From an uncultured cyanobacterium (GTDB lineage: Bacteria > Cyanobacteriota > Cyanobacteriia > Phormidesmidales > Phormidesmidaceae), in the NCBI GenBank assembly GCA_963793265.1, contig CAWBZI010000006.1, forward strand, positions 736,001-800,000: 64,000 nt of DNA. The letters are read 5' to 3'. Shown in pieces: positions 18,967-29,395 of the stretch. A model generated the notes under the pieces. That model worked only from the letters and a program-made list of their open reading frames with translations. It had not been told where the DNA came from and made no database searches. The translations under genes and the position numbers were made by a program. Within the stretch, counting starts at the first letter, position 1. Each line of letters opens with the position of its first letter.

Positions 18967-20445
18967 CTACACAGAAGCAGGCTTCGGCTCGGGCTTCGGC
19001 GGCTTCACTTCACTACACGCCGTTGTCACGCGCTCAGCAAAATGCTCGTCTATCTCACGGAACAAAGCAATCTGCCGCTCGCGAATAGAGTCTCTGCACT
19101 TACCTAGAGAGCCACCAATATTGTGAACCAGGCGATCTTTCTCGTCATCGTTCAGCATGTTGTAATACATGCGAGCCTGATCGGCGTAGTCCTTATCCTC
19201 CTCTAAGTTAATCCGATCGGCCATGCCTTCCACCTTGTACGGCGGCGTAGCAGCTCGCTTGTCAGCCTGCGGATACTTGTACTCAGTGGGGTGGTAGTTC
19301 TGACGGCTGCCGTAGTTACCATCTACCCGCATAGAGCCGTCGCGATAAGTCGTGTTGGCCTCCGTAGCATGAGGCTTATTCACCGGAATCGTGTCGTAGT
19401 TTACGCCCAAACGGTAGCGGTGCGCGTCGGCATACGACATAATCCTAGCCTGCAACATGCGATCGGGAGAAGCCGCAATACCCGGCACCATATTGCCAGG
19501 AGAGAAAGCAGCCTGCTCTACTTCAGCAAAGAAGTTCTCAGGATTTCGGTTTAGCTCAAAGCGACCGACTTTTTGCAAAGGGTAGTCTCCATGGGGCCAA
19601 ATCTTAGTGAGATCAAATGGGTTCCACTGGAAGCTTTGCGCTTGCTCATCGGTCATGGTTTGAATGTACATTGTCCACGATGGATAGTTACCTTCATCAA
19701 TGGCATTGAACAAATCCTTTGTCGCCCAGCGAGGCTCTACGCCCTGTAACTTCGTCCACTGCTCTTCAGTGAAGTTTCTAATGCCCTGGTCAGTGAGGAA
19801 GTGAAACTTCACCCAGGTGCGCTCTTCACTGTCGTTAATAAAGCTAAAGGTGTGTGAGCCATAGCCGTTTATATGACGCCAGCCCATCGGGGCACCGCGA
19901 TCGCCCATTAGCCACACGACCTGATGCAAACTCTCGGGTACCTGCGACCAGAAGTCCCACCACATTTCATCCTGTCGCCAGTTGGCTTCAGGATGCTCCT
20001 TTTGCGAGCGAATAAAGTCCATAAACTTCATCGGATCGCGCATGAAAAAGATCGGCGTACCGTTGCCCACCATGTCCCAGTTGCCATCTTCAGTGTAAAA
20101 CTTCACTGAAAAGCCGCGCAGGTCACGGTAGATATCAGAGCCGCCTTTTGACTTTGCCACCGTAGAAAAGCGAGCAAACACTTCTGTCTCTTTGCCCACT
20201 TCGCCAAATAGCTTGGCCTTAGTAAGGTGAGTAATATCGTCAGTCACCGTGAACTTGCCGTATGCGCCTGCACCAATCGCGTGAACAACACGCTCAGGAA
20301 TCCGCTCCCGGTTAAAGTGCGCCATTTTCTCTAGCAAATCGTAGTCCTCCATCAGCAAAGGGCCATACTTGCCCGCTGTTTTGGAAACTTCGTTGTTTGC
20401 AATAGGCACGCCCGCAGCATTTGTCAGCGTATTGTTGTCAGCCAT
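18967..20445 (-). CDS. Monofunctional small-subunit heme catalase
   Basis: FNRERIPERVVHA (distal His), RFSTV, RGFSVKFYT, RIMSYADAHRYR (proximal Tyr). Confidence 0.95.
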   Translation of the reverse strand: MADNNTLTNAAGVPIANNEVSKTAGKYGPLLMEDYDLLEKMAHFNRERIPERVVHAIGAGAYGKFTVTDDITHLTKAKLFGEVGKETEVFARFSTVAKSKGGSDIYRDLRGFSVKFYTEDGNWDMVGNGTPIFFMRDPMKFMDFIRSQKEHPEANWRQDEMWWDFWSQVPESLHQVVWLMGDRGAPMGWRHINGYGSHTFSFINDSEERTWVKFHFLTDQGIRNFTEEQWTKLQGVEPRWATKDLFNAIDEGNYPSWTMYIQTMTDEQAQSFQWNPFDLTKIWPHGDYPLQKVGRFELNRNPENFFAEVEQAAFSPGNMVPGIAASPDRMLQARIMSYADAHRYRLGVNYDTIPVNKPHATEANTTYRDGSMRVDGNYGSRQNYHPTEYKYPQADKRAATPPYKVEGMADRINLEEDKDYADQARMYYNMLNDDEKDRLVHNIGGSLGKCRDSIRERQIALFREIDEHFAERVTTACSEVKPPKPEPKPASV

Positions 20446-20623
20446 AAGAGATTTTAGTTTTGTTGAGTCAGTTTAAAACTTTAAAGGGAGTCCAAACGGC
20501 TAGCCTCTATCAAAGGGGTTGATTGACCTTAGAGGTTAGGACGACTAAACAATTTTTATCAAAACGGGCAACCTAACGGTGGGTCTAGTTCGCCACAAAA
20601 TCACTGTTTGTCGCAGAATCGCT

Positions 20624-21706
20624 ATGGAAGCACAAGTCACCGCTGCTCTAAAAGCTAGTAACTATAAGCAGGCCGCTAAACTGCTTAAGCAGTGGCAGGC
20701 CCAAGATCCTCAAAGTCCGCTGCTAAGACTGTATGCCGGACAGCTACAAGAGCAAACAAATCGGCCTGAGGCCGCTGAAAAAAACTATCTTAAGCTGCTT
20801 AAGCAAACGCCTAATAGCAAGATCATGAATCAGGCGCGGGCGGGCATTGAGCGCATTGCCCGGCAGCGAGAGCATCAGAAGGCAGCGGCGCTGAGCCAGG
20901 CTAAGACGGTGAGTGGGGGTGATGAGATAGCGGTTTTAGCGATCGCCACGCCCCCCGAAGCCAGCCGAGCCCAAGCTATCCAGGGCGTTGCCAATATCTT
21001 CAATCTAGACGCCTACACTGCCCGCATGAAAGTCCCTTCAAGTGGCTTTCGCCTGCACCGCATAGGTTCCTGGGGCGAAATTAACTATTACCAAAAGGCG
21101 CTCGGACAGACAAACGTGCCGACGCTAAGCGCCAAAATCAGCCATATCAAAACGCTACAGACATTCCAGGTCTGCTATTTCGAGGCGTTAACGCCTCAGC
21201 CTGCTGTCATTTGTAAAAATGCAGAAGGTCAGCTCGGGAAGATTGAATTTACCTGGGCAGAAGTAAGCCAGAGGGTGAGCGGTCAGCTACCTATTTTTGA
21301 GCAGGTTGTAGATATTGGCAACTGGGGTAAAACAGTTCACAAAGAGAAAGTGCAAGACTATGTGCAGGTTGTTGATCTTCATTTAAAGGAGAGAGAGATT
21401 GTTGTGAGGCTGTGCGATCGCCTCTACCAATATCAAAAAAGCACTCCTCTTTCCACTACAGCCGATAAAGCAGGCAGTCACAACAAGCTCAACAGCCGTA
21501 TCCAGTGGAATCATCTTCTCACCCACCTTAACCAGTCAATAGAATCCCCCCACCACAGCGACTTCACCCGCTTCGGCAAAGGAGCCCTAGAATTCATCAA
21601 CCTATTACCACCCATTCATCCCAACCTAGATATTGACCGCCGCGCCCCTAGCCACTGGGATCAGGCTTTCCACCTCTACAGCAGCCTTTGCTACTTCAAT
21701 AACTAA
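20624..21706 (+). CDS. TPR-containing cyanobacterial hypothetical protein
   Basis: N-terminal TPR-like helices (YKQAAKLL, AEKNYLKLL); ATG 20624. Confidence 0.7.
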   Translation: MEAQVTAALKASNYKQAAKLLKQWQAQDPQSPLLRLYAGQLQEQTNRPEAAEKNYLKLLKQTPNSKIMNQARAGIERIARQREHQKAAALSQAKTVSGGDEIAVLAIATPPEASRAQAIQGVANIFNLDAYTARMKVPSSGFRLHRIGSWGEINYYQKALGQTNVPTLSAKISHIKTLQTFQVCYFEALTPQPAVICKNAEGQLGKIEFTWAEVSQRVSGQLPIFEQVVDIGNWGKTVHKEKVQDYVQVVDLHLKEREIVVRLCDRLYQYQKSTPLSTTADKAGSHNKLNSRIQWNHLLTHLNQSIESPHHSDFTRFGKGALEFINLLPPIHPNLDIDRRAPSHWDQAFHLYSSLCYFNN

Positions 21707-21789
21707 GAAAGTCTAGCAATCCAACGAAAGAACCAGCGAAAGTCTATAATCCATCAAGGACGTAAGTTGGGAAAAAAGGAGTTTTAGCT

Positions 21790-22089
21790 ATGACACAGCA
21801 GCTAGCCGTCGTACTAGAATAAGCAACCGCTCTCTCCTCGAACGATAAGCTTATTCTTATTGCTCACTTAGCACAGCTTACACAGAGCGATATTGAGCAA
21901 GCAGAGCCTATATCCCAAGATGAGCCTAATGTTGTAGACACCAATGCTTCCGATTCAGTGAAGTCCATTGAAGTCCATTTTGGGAATCACAGCAGCCTTC
22001 GCTGCTAATGTGCCCGATGAAGTACTCGCAAAGCTGCCGAGAGATGGCGCAGAGCAACACGATCACTATATCTATGGCACATCCAAAAC
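21790..22089 (+). pseudogene. Disrupted antitoxin-like gene
   Basis: RBS AAGGAG, ATG 21790, premature TAA 21820-21822, 10-bp duplication GAAGTCCATT at 21960-21979 causing a frameshift; repaired C-terminus VPDEVLAKLPRDGAEQHDHYIYGTSK. Confidence 0.7.
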
Positions 22090-22725
22090 CTATCCTTCCC
22101 TCTCTCTGAGAGCTTTAGGCATGTAGGCGCGATCGCCCATTCGCTGCAAAAGCGGCCCATACTTACCAAAGCTCACCACGCTCAAAGACGCTGCTGGGTA
22201 GTCAAGGCGATCGCGATACCGCCCCAAATCAATTCCTAACAAACTGCACAGCACAATCCGCAGCGTCGTCCGATGCGCCACCACCAGCACATTCCCTTCC
22301 GTGTGCTTCTCTTCTATCTCTGCAATCACGGCCATTGCGCGATTACGAATTTCTACCGCTGTCTCGCCGCCCGTTGGCGCATTCCACGCCGGTTCAGTCA
22401 TCCAGTCATAGTTATCATCGCCATAAAGCTCTCTCACTTCGGCCTTGCTCTTACCTTCCCACTCGCCATAGTTACACTCACGCAACCCGTCGCGATACAC
22501 TGGCTCTAGTCCGGTTGCCTGAGCAATCGGTGCAGCCGTTGCCCGCGTCCGCTTCATCGGGCTACAGTAAATTGCTTGCCACTTCAGCGACTTGTACTCG
22601 TCAGCAAATGCCTGTGCCATCTCGCGGCCCGCGTCTGTTAAATCGGCCTCTATGGTGCCGCAGAAGTTGCCGCTCATGCTGAAAGTCGTTTCACCATGTC
22701 GCAGAAAGTAAAGTTTCAGGCTCAT
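22090..22725 (-). CDS. Histidine phosphatase (phosphoglycerate mutase family)
   Basis: LRHGET, SPMKR, E-x-x-YGEWEG, GGET, VVAH. Confidence 0.92.
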   Translation of the reverse strand: MSLKLYFLRHGETTFSMSGNFCGTIEADLTDAGREMAQAFADEYKSLKWQAIYCSPMKRTRATAAPIAQATGLEPVYRDGLRECNYGEWEGKSKAEVRELYGDDNYDWMTEPAWNAPTGGETAVEIRNRAMAVIAEIEEKHTEGNVLVVAHRTTLRIVLCSLLGIDLGRYRDRLDYPAASLSVVSFGKYGPLLQRMGDRAYMPKALREREG

Positions 22726-22763
22726 AATGATTGGGGTATGTAGTAGGGCACCTATAGTTTACG

Positions 22764-23570
22764 GTGCTTATTGCAGCAGTGATCGTACAATGTAGTCTTC
22801 ATTCTCATAGCAGTATCGTGACTTCAGAGATTCCAGACACTTCAAAGACATCGGAAGCGACAGAATTTTCTGTTCCGCTAGAGACGGTTGCCGACGTCGA
22901 AGCACCTTCAGAGCCGGTGCTTAAGCCGATTTATTTTATCAGCGGTTTAGGTGCGGATGAACGCATTTTTCAATGGCTACGCTATGACGGATTTAGGCCC
23001 GTTCATATTCACTGGGTACGCCCCGAGAAAAAAGAATCTATCGAAAGCTATGCCGGGCGGCTAAGCACGCAAATAACCGACAAAGATCCGATTATTGTAG
23101 GTCTTTCGTTTGGCGGCATGATTGCTGTTGAACTTGCCAAACAAATTAAAACGGAGAAAGTAGTTCTACTCTCTAGTGTTAAAAAGCGTTCGGAGGTGCC
23201 CTACTATTACAAGCTTTTTAGGGCTTTCCCAATTCATCGGATCTTTCCTTTTAAGAGTGTATTATGGGCGGTCTATGGCATCGCCTACTGGCTGTTCTCG
23301 CCAGAAGGAACAGATGAGAGAGCGCTGCTTAAAATAGTTTTGCAAGAAACCGACCCTCACTTTTTGAAGTGGGCGCTGCATAAGGTTGTTGTTTGGAAAA
23401 ATGATGAGGTGCCAGAGAACTTGGTGCATATTCATGGAATGCGCGATCGCATCTTCCCTTTCTGCTTTGTCTTCCCTGACTACACCGTCGAAAACTGCGG
23501 GCACCTCATGGTCATGAACCGGGCCGAAGAAATTTCTAACCTACTGAAGAAACTGACTCTAGAGGCGTAG
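22764..23570 (+). CDS. Alpha/beta hydrolase
   Basis: SGLGAD, nucleophile elbow GLSFGG, HG-x-x-D, GH; real start possibly GTG 22818. Confidence 0.85.
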   Translation: MLIAAVIVQCSLHSHSSIVTSEIPDTSKTSEATEFSVPLETVADVEAPSEPVLKPIYFISGLGADERIFQWLRYDGFRPVHIHWVRPEKKESIESYAGRLSTQITDKDPIIVGLSFGGMIAVELAKQIKTEKVVLLSSVKKRSEVPYYYKLFRAFPIHRIFPFKSVLWAVYGIAYWLFSPEGTDERALLKIVLQETDPHFLKWALHKVVVWKNDEVPENLVHIHGMRDRIFPFCFVFPDYTVENCGHLMVMNRAEEISNLLKKLTLEA

Positions 23571-25620
23571 CAATAGCCTCGTTCGCCTGCACCTTAGCCC
23601 GACTAAAAACCTGTTCTTTGTGCAACGTTTGGGGCTCTTCCTGCGCAGCTTTTACAGTTTGAATCATCTGGCTTTTAGCCTCCTTCAACTTAGCCCCTTG
23701 TACGTCTACTCGATAGCGCAAAGGCGACAGGTAAACCTGAATACCCCGCTCAAAGCAGCGCTGATTGAACGCGCCGAGTGCCGCCTTTTTACTCTCAAGA
23801 ACCTGTTCTTCCTGAGTCGCTTCTAGCATCCCAGAAAATCCTAAGAAAGCCAGCCGATAAACCAACTCGCGGCTGTATTTACCCCTAAAGTAGCCGCCGT
23901 GAACATCTCGCTTGCCAGTTATCATGTCAAACAATAAGCCCGCATAGTCCTGCAGCGATAGAAATTCTCGCTTTCCTTTGTTCTTTCTGGGCCGAGTCAG
24001 TACGCCATCTACATTTTCAGAAGTCTTATTCATGCCACCTTCTGTCAAAATTACCACGTTGTCCTGGTAATCAGTACAATCAAAAAAGGTGAATAAGTCA
24101 GCCAGTGTAGCCCGAGATTCTGTTTGGTGCTCGTGAGCAAATAGCGCTTCTAGCGTTTGAAAGCGATCGCCGCCCTTACCCTTTCTCACGCCAGTTACCA
24201 AACGCTGCAAAATATCCCAAGGGTCTTCTCTAACCGCATCATAAAGCGACTTTTCAGGCGTATAGTACTTGTTCAAATTGTCTAGGTTGATGATACCTTT
24301 GCCGTACCTATCATCGCGTAGCGCAACGCTACCTAGCCGATGACCGTGGTCTTGGCGAGCGCTGGGAAAAGAAATGTAGTTCGCAGCAGTTGAGGCTAGC
24401 TTAAGGGCCAAATCGCCTTCGCTGCTGAACAGATAAGCCTCGTCAAATCGACGTAGTGAAGAGGCCAAACCATTTGCGCGGCTAGAGACGACAGAGAGTA
24501 CAGGAATATCAGGTGAAGCGAGGATCAACCGGCCTAGCCGCAGGGTATTGCCGATTTTAGATGAGGGGTTCTGTGCAATAGAGCCGTGGTCGAACACATC
24601 TGAGAGAATTCTGACAACGTTCGTAATTACTAGCCCGCCCATACTGTGTCCGACAAAGCTGAGCGTGACTCGCTTGCAGTCGGCAATATCCGAGCACTTG
24701 TCCGAGGCTAAAGCATCGATCGGCACGGCATAGACAGTTGAAGGTTCGTTTTTCTCAAGATCGTAAACGGCTTTGTCTATCTGTCTAATTAGCTCTGTAA
24801 GATCAGGAACGGCAAAGTTAATGGCGCGGTAAACATCTCGAAAATAAACAGAGAGTCGAAGCAGTAAAAGAACAGCAATAGCAAAAGGCACTATCAAAGC
24901 TAGGCCAAATAGCAGCTTTGAGCTGATAATAAAGGCTGCTTGAACGATTCTTCCGAAGGGGCCGATTTCGTTCCCACTCATCGCGCTCATTACAGTATCA
25001 AGGAACCGAATTAAGAAAGAGGGAGAGCTGACGAGCTGAAGCGATCGCGCCACTTCTAGCACCATATCGCCAATACCAAACACCAACAAAACCAGGCCAA
25101 TCGTCAGTATCGCTTTAGGCACATCAGGCAGCGCTCTCAGGTTTCCATACAGCGGCACAAACCCACGAGAAATCTGTTCTGAAGACCATCGATAGCCTAC
25201 AAATACCAGATTGGACTTACCCGAAATCTTGTCGTCTTTGTAGGCCGCATAGCGAAAGATATCGTTGTACCACTCCTTAATGCCTTTTTCGGCTGTGTTG
25301 TAGCCGTGAACCGAGATTACAAGCTGAGGGGGCTCAGAAATAGTCGGATCGTTTTTAATATTGTGGAGGTGCCGGGCGATCGCCTGAATGCCCATCTCGG
25401 CCTGCGCTGGAGAATTTGACACAGCCGACTCAGGCAATACTTTGTCGTCAATATTGTAAGGCGCAGTGCTCGTCACCGCATATCCAGCCACCTTCGCATC
25501 AACAATATGGCCATGCGAGCCTTCAAAGTCAGGGTCAAAGCATTTTACAGGCATTCTTGACACCTGCTTTTTACCGGCACGTAAAACTATCTTTTCAATT
25601 CTAAAGGGGGCGATTTTCAT
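23536..25620 (-). CDS. Alpha/beta hydrolase (DUF900-like) with inserted transmembrane segments
   Basis: VHGYN, GYRW, GHSMGG, LASPDI, DVHGGYF; two hydrophobic stretches; start 25620 or 25554. Confidence 0.8.
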   Translation of the reverse strand: MKIAPFRIEKIVLRAGKKQVSRMPVKCFDPDFEGSHGHIVDAKVAGYAVTSTAPYNIDDKVLPESAVSNSPAQAEMGIQAIARHLHNIKNDPTISEPPQLVISVHGYNTAEKGIKEWYNDIFRYAAYKDDKISGKSNLVFVGYRWSSEQISRGFVPLYGNLRALPDVPKAILTIGLVLLVFGIGDMVLEVARSLQLVSSPSFLIRFLDTVMSAMSGNEIGPFGRIVQAAFIISSKLLFGLALIVPFAIAVLLLLRLSVYFRDVYRAINFAVPDLTELIRQIDKAVYDLEKNEPSTVYAVPIDALASDKCSDIADCKRVTLSFVGHSMGGLVITNVVRILSDVFDHGSIAQNPSSKIGNTLRLGRLILASPDIPVLSVVSSRANGLASSLRRFDEAYLFSSEGDLALKLASTAANYISFPSARQDHGHRLGSVALRDDRYGKGIINLDNLNKYYTPEKSLYDAVREDPWDILQRLVTGVRKGKGGDRFQTLEALFAHEHQTESRATLADLFTFFDCTDYQDNVVILTEGGMNKTSENVDGVLTRPRKNKGKREFLSLQDYAGLLFDMITGKRDVHGGYFRGKYSRELVYRLAFLGFSGMLEATQEEQVLESKKAALGAFNQRCFERGIQVYLSPLRYRVDVQGAKLKEAKSQMIQTVKAAQEEPQTLHKEQVFSRAKVQANEAIATPLESVSSVG

Positions 25621-25942
25621 AGCTGTAGACGGGAGAGCGCAGCCAGACTTCGTTTCACTTTAAAAAGTAAAACAAAACCTGACTACAAAACAAACGTGCT
25701 TCCTGATGGTTATTCCCAAACTACTCTGCACTTGATAAACGGAGAATAAAGGTCTTATCAACTTTATTTGAAGCTTTTTCTATAACTTCAAACATTCGCT
25801 GACCTGAGAAATCCGAAGCAATCCGAACTATTCTCACAAATCGTTGCAAGTAACCGCAGGTAGTCGTAGAAACTACAGACCTCAGCACTGTCTATCTATC
25901 AGCGATCGCCCCACACTTTCTGCACATGTCCACTCGTACAGC

Positions 25943-27427
25943 TTACGAACCTACAGGCTCAGGAATCGTCACATCTAAAGGCACCAGTTCTGCACCTAAT
26001 GCGCTCAACGAAGGATCTATCTCCGCCATATTCCCCACGACTACCGTAATCAGCTTCTCTGGCATCAGTACCGCCTGAGCTGCCTCAAGCACCCCTTGAG
26101 CCGTCGCACTCTCTACTTGATCTCTAAACTGAAAAACAAAGTCTGATGGATAGTCGTAGTACTCATAGCGAATCAAGCGCGAAAGCGTCTGGTTAGGCGA
26201 CTGAAAATTGAACACAAAGCTATTGAGCACCGAATCTTTAGCAAAGGCCAGTTCCGTTTCAGTAATCGGCTGCTCGCGAACCTTCTCTAGCTCCTGATAC
26301 ATTGACTGAATAAATGGCACCGTCGCCTCAGAGCGCGTTTGCCCGCCACCGATAAAGATGCCGTTGTGGTCGTACCGAGGGCTCCAAAAGGCATACACGC
26401 TATAGGCCAAACCCTGCCGCGAGCGAATCTCGTTGAACAGTCTGCCCCCAAAGCCGTTAAGCACTTCGTTGAGCACAGCCATCTGGGCGTGATAGGGGCT
26501 GCTGAGTTCGCCGCCAATGTGACCAATATGAATGTAGCTTTGCGTAAGCTGCGGCTGATCGACAAAAAACAAACCGGCTTTTTGCTGTGAGCCCTCTGGC
26601 GGCTGAGGCACCGCCGCTACCGCGTCTGACTGCCATGCGCCCAGCGTGCTCGCAATCTGAGCCTTCATTACATCCGGGTCAAAGTCACCAACAATGCCCA
26701 AAATAGTGTTTTCTGGCGTGAGCGTGCGCTGATAGAAATTCACTGCATCTGCGCGGCTAATGTTCGCCAAATTGGCGTACTCTACCGTGCGAGCATAGGG
26801 GCTTTCCTCACCGTAAATCTGTTTGCTAAACTCTCTAGACACAATGTCGTCAGCGTCATCATTACGCCGAGCAATTCCACCTGCCGTACGGCTTTTAATC
26901 AGTTCAAACTGCTCCTCGTCAAAAGCAGGCTGAGTAATCACCTCAGCAAACAGGCCAAACACCGTTTCCAAGTCTTCGCTCAAAGACGAAAACCCGGCGC
27001 TACCGCTAGTGTCGCCAATACTGGTTTCTACCGAAGCGGCCTTTTGCTCCAAAATCTGATTTAGCTCACTAGGAGAATGGCGCTCGCTACCGCCCAAGCG
27101 CATGGCCTCGCCGGTAATGCCTGCAAGGCCCGCCTGCGGAGCATCCACCAAATAATCGCCCGTGCGGAAAGTCGCAGACCCGCTCACCAACGGGAGATCG
27201 TGATCTTCCATGAGGTAGACTACCAAGCCGTTTTCTAGCTCGTAGCGCTCGTATTCAGGAATTTGAATGTCGCCCAAGGGCGGAAACACAAGCTCCTCAT
27301 AAGGTTTAGCCTCAATTGCCTGCGCTGGACTGGGCCAGGATAGTGTCAGCAGCACCGTACAGGTAGCAGCAGCTAAAAACAAAAGCGGTAAAAGTTTTCT
27401 GCGAATGCGCCGTAAGTTCAAACCCAT
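25943..27427 (-). CDS. M16 (pitrilysin) family peptidase, non-catalytic subunit
   Basis: LENGL, RLFNEIRSRQGLAY; no HxxEH; signal peptide. Confidence 0.9.
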   Translation of the reverse strand: MGLNLRRIRRKLLPLLFLAAATCTVLLTLSWPSPAQAIEAKPYEELVFPPLGDIQIPEYERYELENGLVVYLMEDHDLPLVSGSATFRTGDYLVDAPQAGLAGITGEAMRLGGSERHSPSELNQILEQKAASVETSIGDTSGSAGFSSLSEDLETVFGLFAEVITQPAFDEEQFELIKSRTAGGIARRNDDADDIVSREFSKQIYGEESPYARTVEYANLANISRADAVNFYQRTLTPENTILGIVGDFDPDVMKAQIASTLGAWQSDAVAAVPQPPEGSQQKAGLFFVDQPQLTQSYIHIGHIGGELSSPYHAQMAVLNEVLNGFGGRLFNEIRSRQGLAYSVYAFWSPRYDHNGIFIGGGQTRSEATVPFIQSMYQELEKVREQPITETELAFAKDSVLNSFVFNFQSPNQTLSRLIRYEYYDYPSDFVFQFRDQVESATAQGVLEAAQAVLMPEKLITVVVGNMAEIDPSLSALGAELVPLDVTIPEPVGS

Positions 27428-27493
27428 GTTTCTCTTGATAACTCGCCTAAAAATGACTAGAAGAATGACTGCAAAATTAATCAGTGGTTAGCG

Positions 27494-29302
27494 CTACCAC
27501 AAGCCTCTAACCGGCTCGGCGGCGGGCTCTATGGCGGGCTCTGGTGGCTGGGCTGAGCTAGTGCGATCGCCATCCAAACTCTCAGACGGTTCATTAGGCG
27601 GCTGCGTAGGCCCTTCAGGCGCTGTCCCTGGTGTGCCTTCATCAGGCGTCGGCACCGTTGGCTCTAGTGCTGGCTCTAATGGGGCGCTTTCCTCAGCAGA
27701 AATGAGCTTACCCACCGTCCGATTCTCAGGGCGGAAGGTTGCTCTAGCCACGCGCTGCACGTCAGCAGCACTCACCGCCTCAATTGCCTGAAGCTCTGCA
27801 AAAACATTGCGCCAGTCGCCCGTTTTAGCTTCGTACTCCGCCAGCAAACTTGCCATACCGTTATTAGAGTCCAATAGTCCTAATAATCCAGCTCTTGCCT
27901 GAGTCTTTACGCGCTCTAGCGTATCCACATCCACCGGCTCATCTTTCAACCGCTGAAGCTCTGCTTCCAAACCTATCGCAATTTCTTCGACGGTATGACC
28001 GGGCGCAGTTAACCCATACAGCAACAGCACCGAAGACTGCTTATCACCAGGAAATCCATTCGAGCTACCAATATCTAGCGCAATTTGAGGCTCCACAAGG
28101 GCCTTGTACAGGCGAGCAGTACGCCCCCCGGTCAAGATGCTGTCGATCATTGAGTACACCACATGATCAGAATCTTCAATCCCCGGTCGGTGAAAGCCCT
28201 CTAGATACCAGGGCTGCGAAATCAGCTCCAGCGTGAAATCGCGAGGCTCGTTTTGGTCAGACTTATCAACGTTCAATGCGGGCGGCGTTGCACGCGGCTG
28301 GTAGCGGCCAAAGTAAGCCTCTGCAAGCTGTCTTACCTGATTGGGATCTACGTCGCCCACAATCGCAGCAATTAGATTACTGGGGCCATAGTAAAGATCA
28401 AAAAAGGCTTGGACATCCGCGCGAGTCGCCTTGCGCAAATCTTCTTGATAGCCAATAACCGGACGGCGATAGGGGTTATTGGTAAAGGCTACTTCTGAGA
28501 AGCGCTCAACCATCTGGCCAATAGGCGAGTTGTCTACGCGCATTCGGCGCTCTTCGAGAATGACTTCTTTTTCTTTATAGAATTCTCTCAGTACCGGATC
28601 GAGAAAGCGCTCAGATTCAAGCGAGAACCACAGCTCTAGCTTATTAGAAGGCAGGCTATAAAAGTAGCGGGTAGCGTCGGCTGAGGTGGTGGCATTAAGG
28701 CCCGTGCCGCCCGCCTGCTCAATGATTTGACCAAATTTATTTTGCTCTACGTAAGAAGCAGCCTCGGCCTGAAGCGCTTCAAACTCGGCGGTCAGGGCGG
28801 CCATCTGAGCCTCGTCGCCTGATGCCTCTGCAGCTAGAAGCTGACTAAAAACCTCGTCGAGCTGGTCGAGAGCTGCTTTTTCGGCAGGATAGTTAGTGGT
28901 GCCGATGCGGGTAGTGCCTTTAAAGGCCAAATGCTCTAGGTAGTGAGCAACGCCAGTTTTACCATCTTCTTCATTTGCCGCGCCAACGTTGGCATACAGC
29001 ATCATCGAGACAACGGGGGCCTCGTGCTGCTCTAGCACGATAAACTTCATACCGTTATCTAGCGTAAATTCAGTGACTTCTTCGGCCACCCGGTCTAGAT
29101 AGGGCTGAATGGAGCTACCGGGCTGTTGTGCTAAAGCAGGCGGTGCGATCGCGCTGAGGCCAAACCAACAGGCCAGCGTCACTACAGCAATGCGATATGA
29201 CCATTGTGATAGGCGAAAAGAAGATAAAAGAAGAAAGGCCCTAGAAATTGTCAGGTAGCGGCAAAAACCCATAGCAATCCAAAACTGCCCGATGAAAAAC
29301 AC
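27494..29302 (-). CDS. M16 (pitrilysin) family zinc peptidase, catalytic subunit
   Basis: HYLEH inverted zinc motif, NATTS, EKEVILEE; Pro-rich C-terminal tail; start uncertain. Confidence 0.92.
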   Translation of the reverse strand: MFFIGQFWIAMGFCRYLTISRAFLLLSSFRLSQWSYRIAVVTLACWFGLSAIAPPALAQQPGSSIQPYLDRVAEEVTEFTLDNGMKFIVLEQHEAPVVSMMLYANVGAANEEDGKTGVAHYLEHLAFKGTTRIGTTNYPAEKAALDQLDEVFSQLLAAEASGDEAQMAALTAEFEALQAEAASYVEQNKFGQIIEQAGGTGLNATTSADATRYFYSLPSNKLELWFSLESERFLDPVLREFYKEKEVILEERRMRVDNSPIGQMVERFSEVAFTNNPYRRPVIGYQEDLRKATRADVQAFFDLYYGPSNLIAAIVGDVDPNQVRQLAEAYFGRYQPRATPPALNVDKSDQNEPRDFTLELISQPWYLEGFHRPGIEDSDHVVYSMIDSILTGGRTARLYKALVEPQIALDIGSSNGFPGDKQSSVLLLYGLTAPGHTVEEIAIGLEAELQRLKDEPVDVDTLERVKTQARAGLLGLLDSNNGMASLLAEYEAKTGDWRNVFAELQAIEAVSAADVQRVARATFRPENRTVGKLISAEESAPLEPALEPTVPTPDEGTPGTAPEGPTQPPNEPSESLDGDRTSSAQPPEPAIEPAAEPVRGLW

Positions 29303-29395
29303 TGCTATACAGCATAGGTTTTTTTGCCAGTTTTAGGGGTTTCTAATAGAGCAGCTATGTAAAACGGCCATTGCTTAATGCTTATTCATCAATCT

